Virus record (IMG/VR): IMGVR_UViG_2597490201_000002
Coordinates: 1 to 64,000 of that record
DNA length: 64,000 bases
From: a virus
Lineage: Duplodnaviria > Caudoviricetes
Strand: one strand, 5' to 3'
Part shown: one piece after another, positions 9,082 to 16,629 of the stretch
How positions within the stretch are numbered: the first letter of the stretch is position 1
Layout: each line of letters begins with the position of its first letter
Program-made: the position numbers and the translations under genes
The notes under the pieces: generated by a model
What the model was told of the DNA's origin: nothing
What the model saw: only the letters and a program-made list of their open reading frames with translations
Databases searched by the model: none

Positions 9082-10278
9082 TCAAAATTTGATGGTGGTG
9101 TGGGGGATGCTGCCGGCGGCGATCGCGGTGATGATCTTCCACGCCTTGTCCTTGCCGATACCGGCCGCCCGCATGACAGCTTCCTCGGCATCGAGCATGA
9201 TTGTGGTGCGGTGCCGCTGATCGGCCGCGCGAGCATCGGCCTCTTCTTCCTCGCGAAGACGTTGGGCTTCCGCCTCGTCCAAGACGCGCTGAGCGGCTTC
9301 GCGCTCACGCCGCTGGGCGTCTGCCTCCGCTTCGGCGGCACGCGCTTCTTCCGCGGCGACCTGTTCTACGCGCTGCCTTTCTTCGACATCATCGAGTGAT
9401 TTCAGGGCGGCCAGCTTAGCGGCCTCGGCTTCCTCGCGGCGATCGCCAAAGGATTCGTCGATGACGACCTTCTCCTGCAGCTCCCGCCGAAGGATGATTA
9501 TGGGGTAGGGGCGGCCGTCTATCAGGCCGAGGCCGCAATTGACGATGTGTTTGATCTGGGCATCGACATAGGCTGCCTTGCGTTCCGCGTCCTCGCGCGC
9601 CTTCCTCTCGGCCGCCTCCGCCGCGTTGCGGCGCTCCGCCTCCTCCCTAAGACGCGCAAGTTCGATGCGCTCTTCGTCGAGATGGATCTGGCGCTGGAGG
9701 GCAGAGTTCAGGATGGCAAGGCTGGTGTCGCGTGCGTCGGAGGCGACGTCGAAGAAATCGCCGAGGTAGTCCAGATGGAGCTCGGTGTTCTGAACCTGCT
9801 TGATGCGGGCCCGCAGGGTCTCGGTCGTGTCCTCGATCGTTACCTTGCCGGCTTGCTTCAGGCCGTCGACGATGGCCTGACACTGGGTCTTCCGCTTGGC
9901 TTGCTCGGCCTCCCAGTCGTCGAGGGGCTTGCGAGCCTTGTCCCGAAGGGCATCAAGCCGGTTGCGCAACTTCCGGCGTTCAGCATTGACCGACTGGACC
10001 TTCTTGTTCGCTTCCTGGATCAGTTCGGCGCCGGCGTCGTCGATTGCGGTCTTGGTCCGGCTGATTTTGTAGGCGAGCGAGGCCACGGCCTTGCGGCCCT
10101 TATCACTTGCCAGGTCAACTGGGGCCGTCGTGATTTCCTGCTCGATGTGAGCAAACAGCTCGTCTGCCTTGGCGGGATCGTTGAACACCAGGGCAGGGGT
10201 AGTCTCTACCAGCACGGCGATGCTGGTGGTGGCGCTCGACATGGCGCTCTCTCCGATGCTTGGGGTGGCGTCCGTCAT
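9082..10278 (-). CDS. Coiled-coil phage protein
   Basis: DLASDKGRKAVASLAYKISRTKTAID...RKPLDDWE is a common lambdoid early protein pattern with E/A/R-rich helices. Confidence 0.7.
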   Translation of the reverse strand: MTDATPSIGESAMSSATTSIAVLVETTPALVFNDPAKADELFAHIEQEITTAPVDLASDKGRKAVASLAYKISRTKTAIDDAGAELIQEANKKVQSVNAERRKLRNRLDALRDKARKPLDDWEAEQAKRKTQCQAIVDGLKQAGKVTIEDTTETLRARIKQVQNTELHLDYLGDFFDVASDARDTSLAILNSALQRQIHLDEERIELARLREEAERRNAAEAAERKAREDAERKAAYVDAQIKHIVNCGLGLIDGRPYPIIILRRELQEKVVIDESFGDRREEAEAAKLAALKSLDDVEERQRVEQVAAEEARAAEAEADAQRREREAAQRVLDEAEAQRLREEEEADARAADQRHRTTIMLDAEEAVMRAAGIGKDKAWKIITAIAAGSIPHTTIKF

Positions 10279-10439
10279 GGCTGAACCACCAAAACGAGGA
10301 CAAAGAGGGCGACGAGGAAAGCCAGCACCGCCCAGTAGTAGGGAGGAGCGTCAGCCGACAGCACCCAAAGGGCGTAGACGAAGAAGGCCGCGAGACCGGC
10401 ACTTGCGCCCCAAGCGATAATCGTCATTGGGCGGTTCAT
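10275..10439 (-). CDS. Small two-TM membrane protein (54 aa)
   Basis: Read manually: MNRPMTIIAWGASAGLAAFFVYALWVLSADAPPYYWAVLAFLVALFVLVLVVQP. ATGA overlaps at both ends. Confidence 0.6.
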   Translation of the reverse strand: MNRPMTIIAWGASAGLAAFFVYALWVLSADAPPYYWAVLAFLVALFVLVLVVQP

Positions 10440-10675
10440 GACTTGCCGCCGATCAAGCGCTCGACGTCCTCGACGACAGCTTCAATGGTGGTGTCGACCG
10501 TCCAGCCGTCATCAGGGATCTGGATTTGAAACTCGACCTCGATCTCCATAAGCACATCGAGAATGTCGAGGCTGTCCATTTGGAGGTCGCCCAGTGTCGT
10601 CGAGCCCGGCTTGGAATCGGCGGAGTGCGCGAGAATTTCGAGGATGCGGTTCTGGTTCGGGGTTAGGGTGCTCAT
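10436..10675 (-). CDS. Acyl carrier protein homolog
   Basis: 79 aa and acidic; LGDLQMDSLDILDVLMEIEVEFQIQIPD matches the ACP phosphopantetheine site (DLGxDSLD..E....EEEF.IEIPD). Confidence 0.85.
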   Translation of the reverse strand: MSTLTPNQNRILEILAHSADSKPGSTTLGDLQMDSLDILDVLMEIEVEFQIQIPDDGWTVDTTIEAVVEDVERLIGGKS

Positions 10676-11166
10676 TTCGGCGCTCCGACGAACATGGCGA
10701 GCGTCGCGGCGACTGGCATTTCCTTCAATGCAGGGCTTGCAGCAGCCGCCACCCGCTCAAGGGCTTTCCCCGTCGTCATCATCGCTATGGAAGCCATCAC
10801 CGACACCTGGGCGGTAAACTTCGCCTGTGTCTGACGCGGCAAGCGGGAGAAGTCCGCCTTCATCTGCCGCTCAAACGACCGGTTCGCCTTGCGCCGGATT
10901 GCCTCAGCGGCATTACCGCCTTCGGCAACGATCTCTTCGTCGTTGAGACGCTTCACGCCTTCGCCGATGAGGGTGCCGAACACCATTCCTTCGTCGCGAA
11001 GAAGCCGGCGCAGGGCTGTTCGCAGGGGGCCTGATGACCCGTCGACGTCACGAGAAATCACGGCACCCAGTTCTTTGTAGGTGAACGTCTGGCCGACAGT
11101 CGCCGATGACATGTGCTGCATCAGCAAGCGCGCATCAGCGGACATCTGGAAGGTTGGGCTGGTCAT
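10672..11166 (-). CDS. Hypothetical protein, possible winged-helix N-terminus; next to RAMP-like gene
   Basis: GQTFTYKELGAVISRDV...LRTALRRLLRDEGMVF...GVK is wHTH-like. RBS AAGGAG is present. Confidence 0.65.
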   Translation of the reverse strand: MTSPTFQMSADARLLMQHMSSATVGQTFTYKELGAVISRDVDGSSGPLRTALRRLLRDEGMVFGTLIGEGVKRLNDEEIVAEGGNAAEAIRRKANRSFERQMKADFSRLPRQTQAKFTAQVSVMASIAMMTTGKALERVAAAASPALKEMPVAATLAMFVGAPK

Positions 11167-11182
11167 GGGGTCTCCTTTTGGT

Positions 11183-11249
11183 GGCTGTTGCTATGCGCAG
11201 CACTGAGGGGTGGTGCGTGGCGGATCGACGAGGTGCGGGGACTAGACCG
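11183..11249 (-). repeat. Pentamer-periodic tract D (downstream of RAMP-like gene)
   Basis: + strand from 11190: gctat gcgca gcact gaggg gtggt gcgtg gcgga tcgac gaggt gcggg gacta gaccg. Preceded by ggctgtt, the same end motif as tract C. Confidence 0.7.
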
Positions 11250-11814
11250 TGGACCACTGGAAGCCGGTGACGTGGAAGCGGCCGAGGAAGCCGCCCTTCT
11301 CCGGGCGGAAGCGGCCAATACCGACGAGGCGTCCAGCCTCAGTGATCGCCTGTTCGAAAATCGCTTCGGGGATGATGTCGTCGAGGATCGCAAAGCGAGC
11401 GACCGCCTCGTATTCCTTGATGATCGGGAAGCGGCGACGGACGCGCTTTCCCGACCCGCGAACGCCGTCGGCATTCGCCCAAATATCAATCTGTTCAAGA
11501 TCGTCTTTATGGATGCCGAGCGAGACGTCGGCCTCGCATATCTGGCCGGCTGTGAAGAACTTGGTGTAAGTGGACTTGCCGCGACCCGGGATGCCGATGT
11601 TGAGGCGCTTCACCGCTTCGTCCACGGACATCTTGAGTGCCATCGCGGGGATGCACACGATGCCACTGCTATCGTAGGTGGCTTTCTCGCGCCAAAGACG
11701 CTTGTCCCAACCGTCCGCGCTTTCTTTCTCGAGCTTCGGAAACTGATCCGGGTCGACCGCCTTCGATTGGCTGTAGGGAGTGGCGGACTTAATGGTGACG
11801 AGACAGATTTTCAC
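11242..11814 (-). CDS. Stand-alone Cas7/RAMP-like protein
   Basis: RAMP hallmarks: N-terminal strand VTIKSATPY, IPAMALKMSV (cf. IPGSSLKG), and a C-terminal glycine-rich loop AGRLVGIGRFRPEKGGFLGRFHV. RBS AGGAGG at 11819-11824. Confidence 0.75.
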   Translation of the reverse strand: MKICLVTIKSATPYSQSKAVDPDQFPKLEKESADGWDKRLWREKATYDSSGIVCIPAMALKMSVDEAVKRLNIGIPGRGKSTYTKFFTAGQICEADVSLGIHKDDLEQIDIWANADGVRGSGKRVRRRFPIIKEYEAVARFAILDDIIPEAIFEQAITEAGRLVGIGRFRPEKGGFLGRFHVTGFQWSTV

Positions 11815-11829
11815 GATGACCTCCTATTT

Positions 11830-12195
11830 GGCTGTTGCGATGCGGAGCGGAGCGTAGAGCTGCGTTACGAAGCGTGGCGCTGCGCCATGATGTGATGCGG
11901 CTCGGCGATCGGGGCTTGCCCGGCGCCTGACGCGGTCAAGCGTCTGGAACGAGACAAGCTGTGGCTGGTGAGTGGCAGAGATGAGCGTAGCGAGGCGTTG
12001 CGTAGCGTCGCGCCGAGCAGCGGCGTGTTGCGCCGTTTTCGAACAACCGTCCGGAGACCAGCACCACGCGGGTGCTGGCGACCTGAAGGTTGGGGCTGGT
12101 GAGTGGTGATGCGGCGAGATGCGCCGCGTAGAGCGGCAGAGCTGCGCGGAGAGACGCGTCGTAGAGGTTCCCCTCCCCAAGCCGGTCCACGCGGA
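11830..12195 (-). ncRNA. Array of three ~130-nt units, each a hairpin plus ~14 pentamers (constant triplet + variable NN); candidate guide RNAs
   Basis: 5-nt register tracts at 11837-11911, 11970-12039 and 12101-12170. Shared ggctg motif at 11830/11963/12094 and shared acgcgg motif at 11930/12066/12189. Strand is inferred from the operon. Confidence 0.7.
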
Positions 12196-12236
12196 ATCAG
12201 CCAAGCAAGGGAACGAGTGATGGTTGACAGCAGCGC

Positions 12237-12635
12237 TCACGCCACCTCTCCCACAAAACGGGTCCAGAGGGCGTCGAGCCAGCCGTGCATGACAGCAATC
12301 ATCGCCTCGTAGGGGCGAAGCTCTGTCCACGCCGAGCGATCAGCGACGACCCCGGGGGCGGACGAGCGGGCGGCATTCCAAGCAGTGTCGAGCCGCCGCT
12401 GGTGGACGATGATGGCGGCGGTGAGCACCGCCATCGAATGTGTTGGTGGGAAGTAGGGGGCGGGAGACGCGACAGCGGAAAAGAGCTTTGCCAAGATCGC
12501 ATCTTCATCGACTGCGCCTACGCCATCACATGGCGGCGCTGCCAGCGGAAAGTCGGTAGGGGCGCGGCCGTGCCACTCCTCAAATGCCTTGAGGAAAGAC
12601 GCTTGGGCCGCCGAGGATGGTGGTAGGGGCTGCAT
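12237..12635 (-). CDS. Hypothetical protein, first gene of leftward operon 1
   Basis: 132-aa ORF with a GGAG RBS, just downstream of the operator cluster. Confidence 0.6.
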   Translation of the reverse strand: MQPLPPSSAAQASFLKAFEEWHGRAPTDFPLAAPPCDGVGAVDEDAILAKLFSAVASPAPYFPPTHSMAVLTAAIIVHQRRLDTAWNAARSSAPGVVADRSAWTELRPYEAMIAVMHGWLDALWTRFVGEVA

Positions 12636-12666
12636 CGGTTGCTCCGGTTCGGGACAACCAATGCAT

Positions 12667-12724
12667 AACCAATCAATTTGTGATCAGCAACAAAAAAGAT
12701 GGTTATGCGACAAATCTTTTGGTT
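12667..12724. promoter_or_regulatory. OL-like operator cluster of repressor 1 (ACAAA-N5-TGGTT x3)
   Basis: 12667-12681 (reverse), 12690-12704 and 12710-12724. The same motif occurs between CI1 and Cro1. Confidence 0.7.
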
Positions 12725-12881
12725 TTTTGCCATTGACAGAGGCATGGCAAATCCCCCTATAACCCCCTTGGGAGTTCTGGGTGAAATCGAGTCACACTGA
12801 GGATCTGGAGATAGTTTAGGGGCCGTAAGGCCCCCTATGTACATACCTAGTAGATATACCGCGCGAGGCTTACGCCGCGCT

Positions 12882-13478
12882 TTATTCCTCGAAAAACTCT
12901 AGCTGAAAACAAAACTGGGGTGGAGTGATGCCGCCCCATTCCGGCGTCGTATAGGCCCTGGCGAACCAGCCTTGGGCAAGAACGAGGTCGTCGGAGGTGC
13001 CGTGAGGAATGTTGTCTCCTCGTACCAGGGCATTCTGCAGGTCTGCGGCAGCTTGTGCAAACAAGGGCTCGGCTTCGACATCTGGGATGTTCAGCTTGTT
13101 CTCAACAGCGTTCAGCAGGGTCGCAATGACCTGCTCAAATCTACTCACCAGGTACTTATCGTCACTTTCCGGGACCAGGTTGGCGCAGATATCCAGAAGT
13201 GCAAAGGAGCCGTCTGGCCTGCAGTCGAGATAGCCAGTGTGGTTCTTGATCGCTATTTGAGGTTGCTCCATCCGGTCTTCCAGGACCGCCTCGCCGACTG
13301 TCGCGTGGCGCAGTTCATCAAAGTGAAACGGCTTGTCGAATAAGGCCGGGACCGTCGAGCGCGTGGATCGGAGATCTTCGAACTCATCGACCAATGCTTG
13401 GCAAGACAAGCCGGCATCACTTGCAACGGCCGGGGTTGCGAAAATAACCAAGCATACCAGCCAATGTGCTCGCATCAT
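12882..13478 (-). CDS. Exported protein in immunity region (possible superinfection exclusion)
   Basis: Signal peptide MMRAHWLVCLVIFATPAVA; co-transcribed downstream of CI. Confidence 0.6.
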   Translation of the reverse strand: MMRAHWLVCLVIFATPAVASDAGLSCQALVDEFEDLRSTRSTVPALFDKPFHFDELRHATVGEAVLEDRMEQPQIAIKNHTGYLDCRPDGSFALLDICANLVPESDDKYLVSRFEQVIATLLNAVENKLNIPDVEAEPLFAQAAADLQNALVRGDNIPHGTSDDLVLAQGWFARAYTTPEWGGITPPQFCFQLEFFEE

Positions 13479-13726
13479 TCGATCTCCGGTATCTCGCCTT
13501 CAGAAAATAGCGTGACCGGCTCCCCGAATTCACCGTTGATCAGGTCAGCCTCGCGGGACCAAGCGATCACGCCTTCATATTTTCCGCTCGCCCAAAGTAG
13601 CCTTGCCTGTTGCTTCGCTCCAGATTCGGACTGAGCTTCCCGGGCTTCAAATGCGGGCCGAAGTTCGCCCTCTTCGTCACGAGCAAACGCTACATAAACG
13701 ATGAGTTTCGTTGGCAAAGGGCTCAA
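13475..13726 (-). CDS. Small conserved protein, homolog of 36717..36974
   Basis: GVIAWSREADLINGEFGEPVTLFSEGEIPE. TTG start overlaps the CI stop. Confidence 0.65.
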   Translation of the reverse strand: MSPLPTKLIVYVAFARDEEGELRPAFEAREAQSESGAKQQARLLWASGKYEGVIAWSREADLINGEFGEPVTLFSEGEIPEIE

Positions 13727-14514
13727 TTGATTCTTCCAAATCTCCAGAGCACCGCTCCAATAATTTGGACCTCGTCCAAATTCCACTCGCGGGGAGCGTG
13801 TTTGGGGTTGTCCGAAATAATCCGAACGGTCTGGATTTCGTCGTTAGGCTTGCTCGTAAGCTCGAGGCGCTTGATGACAATCCCGCCAAAGGCGTCTGTG
13901 AGAGCATAGATCCCGTCCGGCGAGGGAAGGCGATGCTTCGTGTTCACCACAACGAACTCCCCATCCAGAACGGTGGGCGACATGCTGTCGCCCGAAGACG
14001 GAAGTATCGCTAAGTCCTCAGGGCTAACGCCTGCGGCCCGGAGTAGTGCAAGGGGAAAGCGCCAAAAGTCGCTTACCGCTTCGGCTGAGAAGGTCATTCC
14101 ATTGCGGCCGGGCACTCCTTCGTGGACCAGCGTTAGGCCGCCCCCGCCCATTCCAGCAATGACATCGATCTGAGGGACAGTGCCTTCGGGTATGCCTTGG
14201 CGGCCCGTTTCAGAGCCGACTGTCATTCCCTCGGGCAGGGCTGCATCGACTGCATCCGGGTCGAAGCTCTCAAAGACTCTAGGTCGCGGGGCCCGGGGCA
14301 TCTCCTGTTCGTCGTAAAGATAGAGAACATCGACCTGCAAGGATCTAGCCAGAACGTCCGTGTAGGTGGGGTTCTTCGTTACACCCATCTCAACCGCGGC
14401 AATTGCCTGCTGTGTCTTTCCTACACGTTTGGCCAGCTCTTGCTGAGATAGCCCCATTGCTTCTCTGGCCTGGATTACACGTTTCGGATTTATCGATCTC
14501 TGAGACTTTTTCAT
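13723..14514 (-). CDS. CI-like repressor 1 (XRE HTH + S24 peptidase)
   Basis: AREAMGLSQQELAKRVGKTQQAIAAVE HTH; AG cleavage site (IAGMG), GDSMSP and IKRL catalytic residues. Confidence 0.9.
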   Translation of the reverse strand: MKKSQRSINPKRVIQAREAMGLSQQELAKRVGKTQQAIAAVEMGVTKNPTYTDVLARSLQVDVLYLYDEQEMPRAPRPRVFESFDPDAVDAALPEGMTVGSETGRQGIPEGTVPQIDVIAGMGGGGLTLVHEGVPGRNGMTFSAEAVSDFWRFPLALLRAAGVSPEDLAILPSSGDSMSPTVLDGEFVVVNTKHRLPSPDGIYALTDAFGGIVIKRLELTSKPNDEIQTVRIISDNPKHAPREWNLDEVQIIGAVLWRFGRIN

Positions 14515-14550
14515 GCGGCAAACCTAGGCTGTCGCTCACAAATCGTCCCC

Positions 14551-14586
14551 ACAAAGAAAATGGTTGAAACCAACCAATTCATTTGT
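14551..14586. promoter_or_regulatory. OR-like operators of repressor 1
   Basis: acaaagaaaatggtt at 14551-14565 and aaccaattcatttgt at 14572-14586, between divergent CI and Cro. Confidence 0.7.
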
Positions 14587-14599
14587 TATTGATTTGTGC

Positions 14600-14833
14600 A
14601 TGGAACCAAAAACAGCACTCGAAAAAGCGATTGAAGCCGCTGGAAGCCAGCGAGCACTCGCCGCGATCCTGAAGGTCTCTCAGCAGGTGGTCTCGTACCG
14701 GGTGCAGTCCGGCAAAGGTCTATCCGCTGAAGACGCGCTCAAGGTGGAAGCATCGACCGGCATGTCCAGGCATGAATTGCGGCCGGACATCTTTGGTCCA
14801 CCACCAGAGCCGGCGCTTCAGGCGACCGGCTAA
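14600..14833 (+). CDS. Cro-like (YdaS family) regulator 1
   Basis: ALEKAIEAAGSQRALAAILKVSQQVVS...SRHELRPDIFG; divergent from CI. Confidence 0.85.
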   Translation: MEPKTALEKAIEAAGSQRALAAILKVSQQVVSYRVQSGKGLSAEDALKVEASTGMSRHELRPDIFGPPPEPALQATG

Positions 14834-14899
14834 CTACCACGCTTTCCATCATCTCCGAGCCCTCCGAGCAGCACCCCGTGGTGCGCTGACGGCTCCTCT

Positions 14900-15244
14900 T
14901 TGCCTGAAGGATGTTCTGAAGTGTCAGAAAAGATCAAAGCCAGCTCAGAACTGCCCCGCGCCGAACTCCGCGGTCGTATCCAGAAAATCGCTGCCCGCGT
15001 TGCCCCCGGCCTCAAGCTGTCCCGTCAGCTCGCCATCCTTGCCAACCTCATCTCCACCCAGTCGGGCAAGGAAGTCGGGGCAGGGACCGTCAAGGACTGG
15101 TGGTACGCGCTCGACGATGACGACCGTGCCGTCGACAGCCGCCACATGGACTGGGCGCGTCAGCGCGACCGCCAGGTTGCCGCGAACGACAACGGCTACC
15201 GCCTTCCATGCCCTCTGAATTTTCCCGCGGCTGCGGCCGCATGA
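14900..15244 (+). CDS. Hypothetical DNA-binding protein (CII position)
   Basis: Follows Cro and precedes a terminator. The start may be the GTG at 14921. Confidence 0.5.
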   Translation: MPEGCSEVSEKIKASSELPRAELRGRIQKIAARVAPGLKLSRQLAILANLISTQSGKEVGAGTVKDWWYALDDDDRAVDSRHMDWARQRDRQVAANDNGYRLPCPLNFPAAAAA

Positions 15245-15247
15245 CGA

Positions 15248-15280
15248 CCCCGTCGGCAATGGCGCCGGCGGGGATTTTTA
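15248..15280 (+). terminator. Intrinsic terminator (tR1-like)
   Basis: ccccgtcggc/gccggcgggg stem followed by attttta. Confidence 0.6.
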
Positions 15281-15292
15281 TTGGAGTGACCA

Positions 15293-15562
15293 ATGCCCCT
15301 TAAATCGCTTTCCCAGCGTGGGTTGATCCGCATTCCCCGCAATGCCCTTCAGCGGCAATTTCTTGAAGGCGGCACCAAGCCGAGCCGAAAGACCCTCGAG
15401 TCTTTTAACGAGCACCAGGAAGATCGTCAGCTCCACCCGACAAAGGGCTTTCGGGGCCTCAGCGTTCGTCGTGGCCGCGCCCAGTATTTGATGGCGCACA
15501 TCTTCGACGGTGGCACCGCCGACACGGCCACAATGCGCCGTTTCCTGCAGCACGGCTACTGA
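15293..15562 (+). CDS. Hypothetical basic protein
   Basis: GGAG RBS; 89 aa. Confidence 0.55.
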   Translation: MPLKSLSQRGLIRIPRNALQRQFLEGGTKPSRKTLESFNEHQEDRQLHPTKGFRGLSVRRGRAQYLMAHIFDGGTADTATMRRFLQHGY

Positions 15563-15573
15563 GGAGCAGCGCG

Positions 15574-15912
15574 ATGTCAGAACAGCGCCCAAATACCTAT
15601 GACGACGACGATCTCGCCGCCAAGCTCGAAGAGATCGAAGCACTGGTAGCGCAGAAGGCCTCCATTATGGCCACGGCAATGGCCGAGTGCGGCAAGATCT
15701 CCGAGAAGATCAAGACCGCCAAGAAGGAAGCGAAGGACGACCTCAGCATTCCGCTGAAGGTGCTGAACCCGCTCCTCAAGCGCCGCAAGCTCGAGCGTGA
15801 GATCGAAAAGATCGACGAGGGCATCGACGAGGACTTCGCGGATATTTGGGCCGACGCCTCCGGCCAGTTCTGCATGTTCGCCCCCGTCGAATCCGAAGCC
15901 GAGGCGGCGTAG
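15574..15912 (+). CDS. Divergent GapR/DUF2312-like protein
   Basis: LAAKLEEIEAL...IKTAKKEAKDDLSIPLKVLNPLLKRRK resembles the GapR helical pattern. Confidence 0.45.
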   Translation: MSEQRPNTYDDDDLAAKLEEIEALVAQKASIMATAMAECGKISEKIKTAKKEAKDDLSIPLKVLNPLLKRRKLEREIEKIDEGIDEDFADIWADASGQFCMFAPVESEAEAA

Positions 15913-15914
15913 CC

Positions 15915-16427
15915 ATGACTACGATCGGCATGGACCCCGGCGTCACTGGCGCCATCGCTTTTCTCACCGATGACGGCGACCTGCTCTCGGTCGTGGACAT
16001 GCCGGTCTTCGCCGTCAAGAAGATGGTGAAGGGTAAGGAGCGGACCCGCAACCACATCAACGTGCACTCCCTCGGCGACATTCTGCGCCCGTATGCCGGT
16101 GCGCAGGCTGTCATCGAAGATGTCCATTCGCGCCCTGACGACGGCGGTGTGCAGGCTTTCTCCTTTGGCTTTGGCACTGGAACGCTTCACGGCGCTGTTG
16201 GCGCGCTGGGGATGCAACTCGATACGGTGGCCCCCGCCAGGTGGAAGAAGCACCACAGGTTGACCGCTGACAAGGATGAAGCCCGCAGGCTGGCCACCCG
16301 CCTTTGGCCGCAGCACTCGTCGCTTTTCGCCCGAAAAATGGACGCCGGCCGCGCCGAGGCGGCGCTGATCGGTCGTTTCCGGATCGACGTTCAGCGCCAG
16401 GTCCGCAACGCCGACGTGGTGTTCTGA
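15915..16427 (+). CDS. RuvC-like Holliday junction resolvase
   Basis: IGMDPGVTGAIA, VIEDV, AFSFG, PARWKK, KDEAR and GRAEAALI. Confidence 0.85.
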   Translation: MTTIGMDPGVTGAIAFLTDDGDLLSVVDMPVFAVKKMVKGKERTRNHINVHSLGDILRPYAGAQAVIEDVHSRPDDGGVQAFSFGFGTGTLHGAVGALGMQLDTVAPARWKKHHRLTADKDEARRLATRLWPQHSSLFARKMDAGRAEAALIGRFRIDVQRQVRNADVVF

Positions 16428-16627
16428 TGAAGGTCGCAGTTCCCCCGCAATACCGCCACGACCTTTTCAATTTCGTCTGGTCGCTCGCGCAAATGGATCG
16501 CCTTGCGGACCTAATCCGCGCCGGCAACAGCCCTGTCGAAATCGCCCGCGTGTTCGCGGTCACTCCCCAAGAAATCCGCGACGTTGTCGCCCGCAACGCG
16601 GCCTATCTGCCGCAGATGAAAGCATAG
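16427..16627 (+). CDS. Small HTH-like protein
   Basis: LIRAGNSPVEIARVFAVTPQEIRDVV; TGATG coupling. Confidence 0.5.
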   Translation: MKVAVPPQYRHDLFNFVWSLAQMDRLADLIRAGNSPVEIARVFAVTPQEIRDVVARNAAYLPQMKA

Positions 16628-16629
16628 TC

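Noticed and set aside
11830-12195. Canonical CRISPR array
   Set aside because: No identical 25-45 nt direct repeats with unique spacers, and no cas1/cas2/cas6. The periodicity is 5 nt within units.
11824-12330. 168-aa ORF (and 11936..12190, 11113..11895) across the pentamer array
   Set aside because: Arg/Ala/His-rich low-complexity translation produced by GC-rich 5-nt repeats. Period 5 argues against codon structure and no RBS was seen.
12806-12820. tggagatagttta resembles the ungapped concatenated NN of units B/C
   Set aside because: Short, needs an indel or mismatch, and similarity collapses beyond ~13 nt; not distinguishable from chance by eye.
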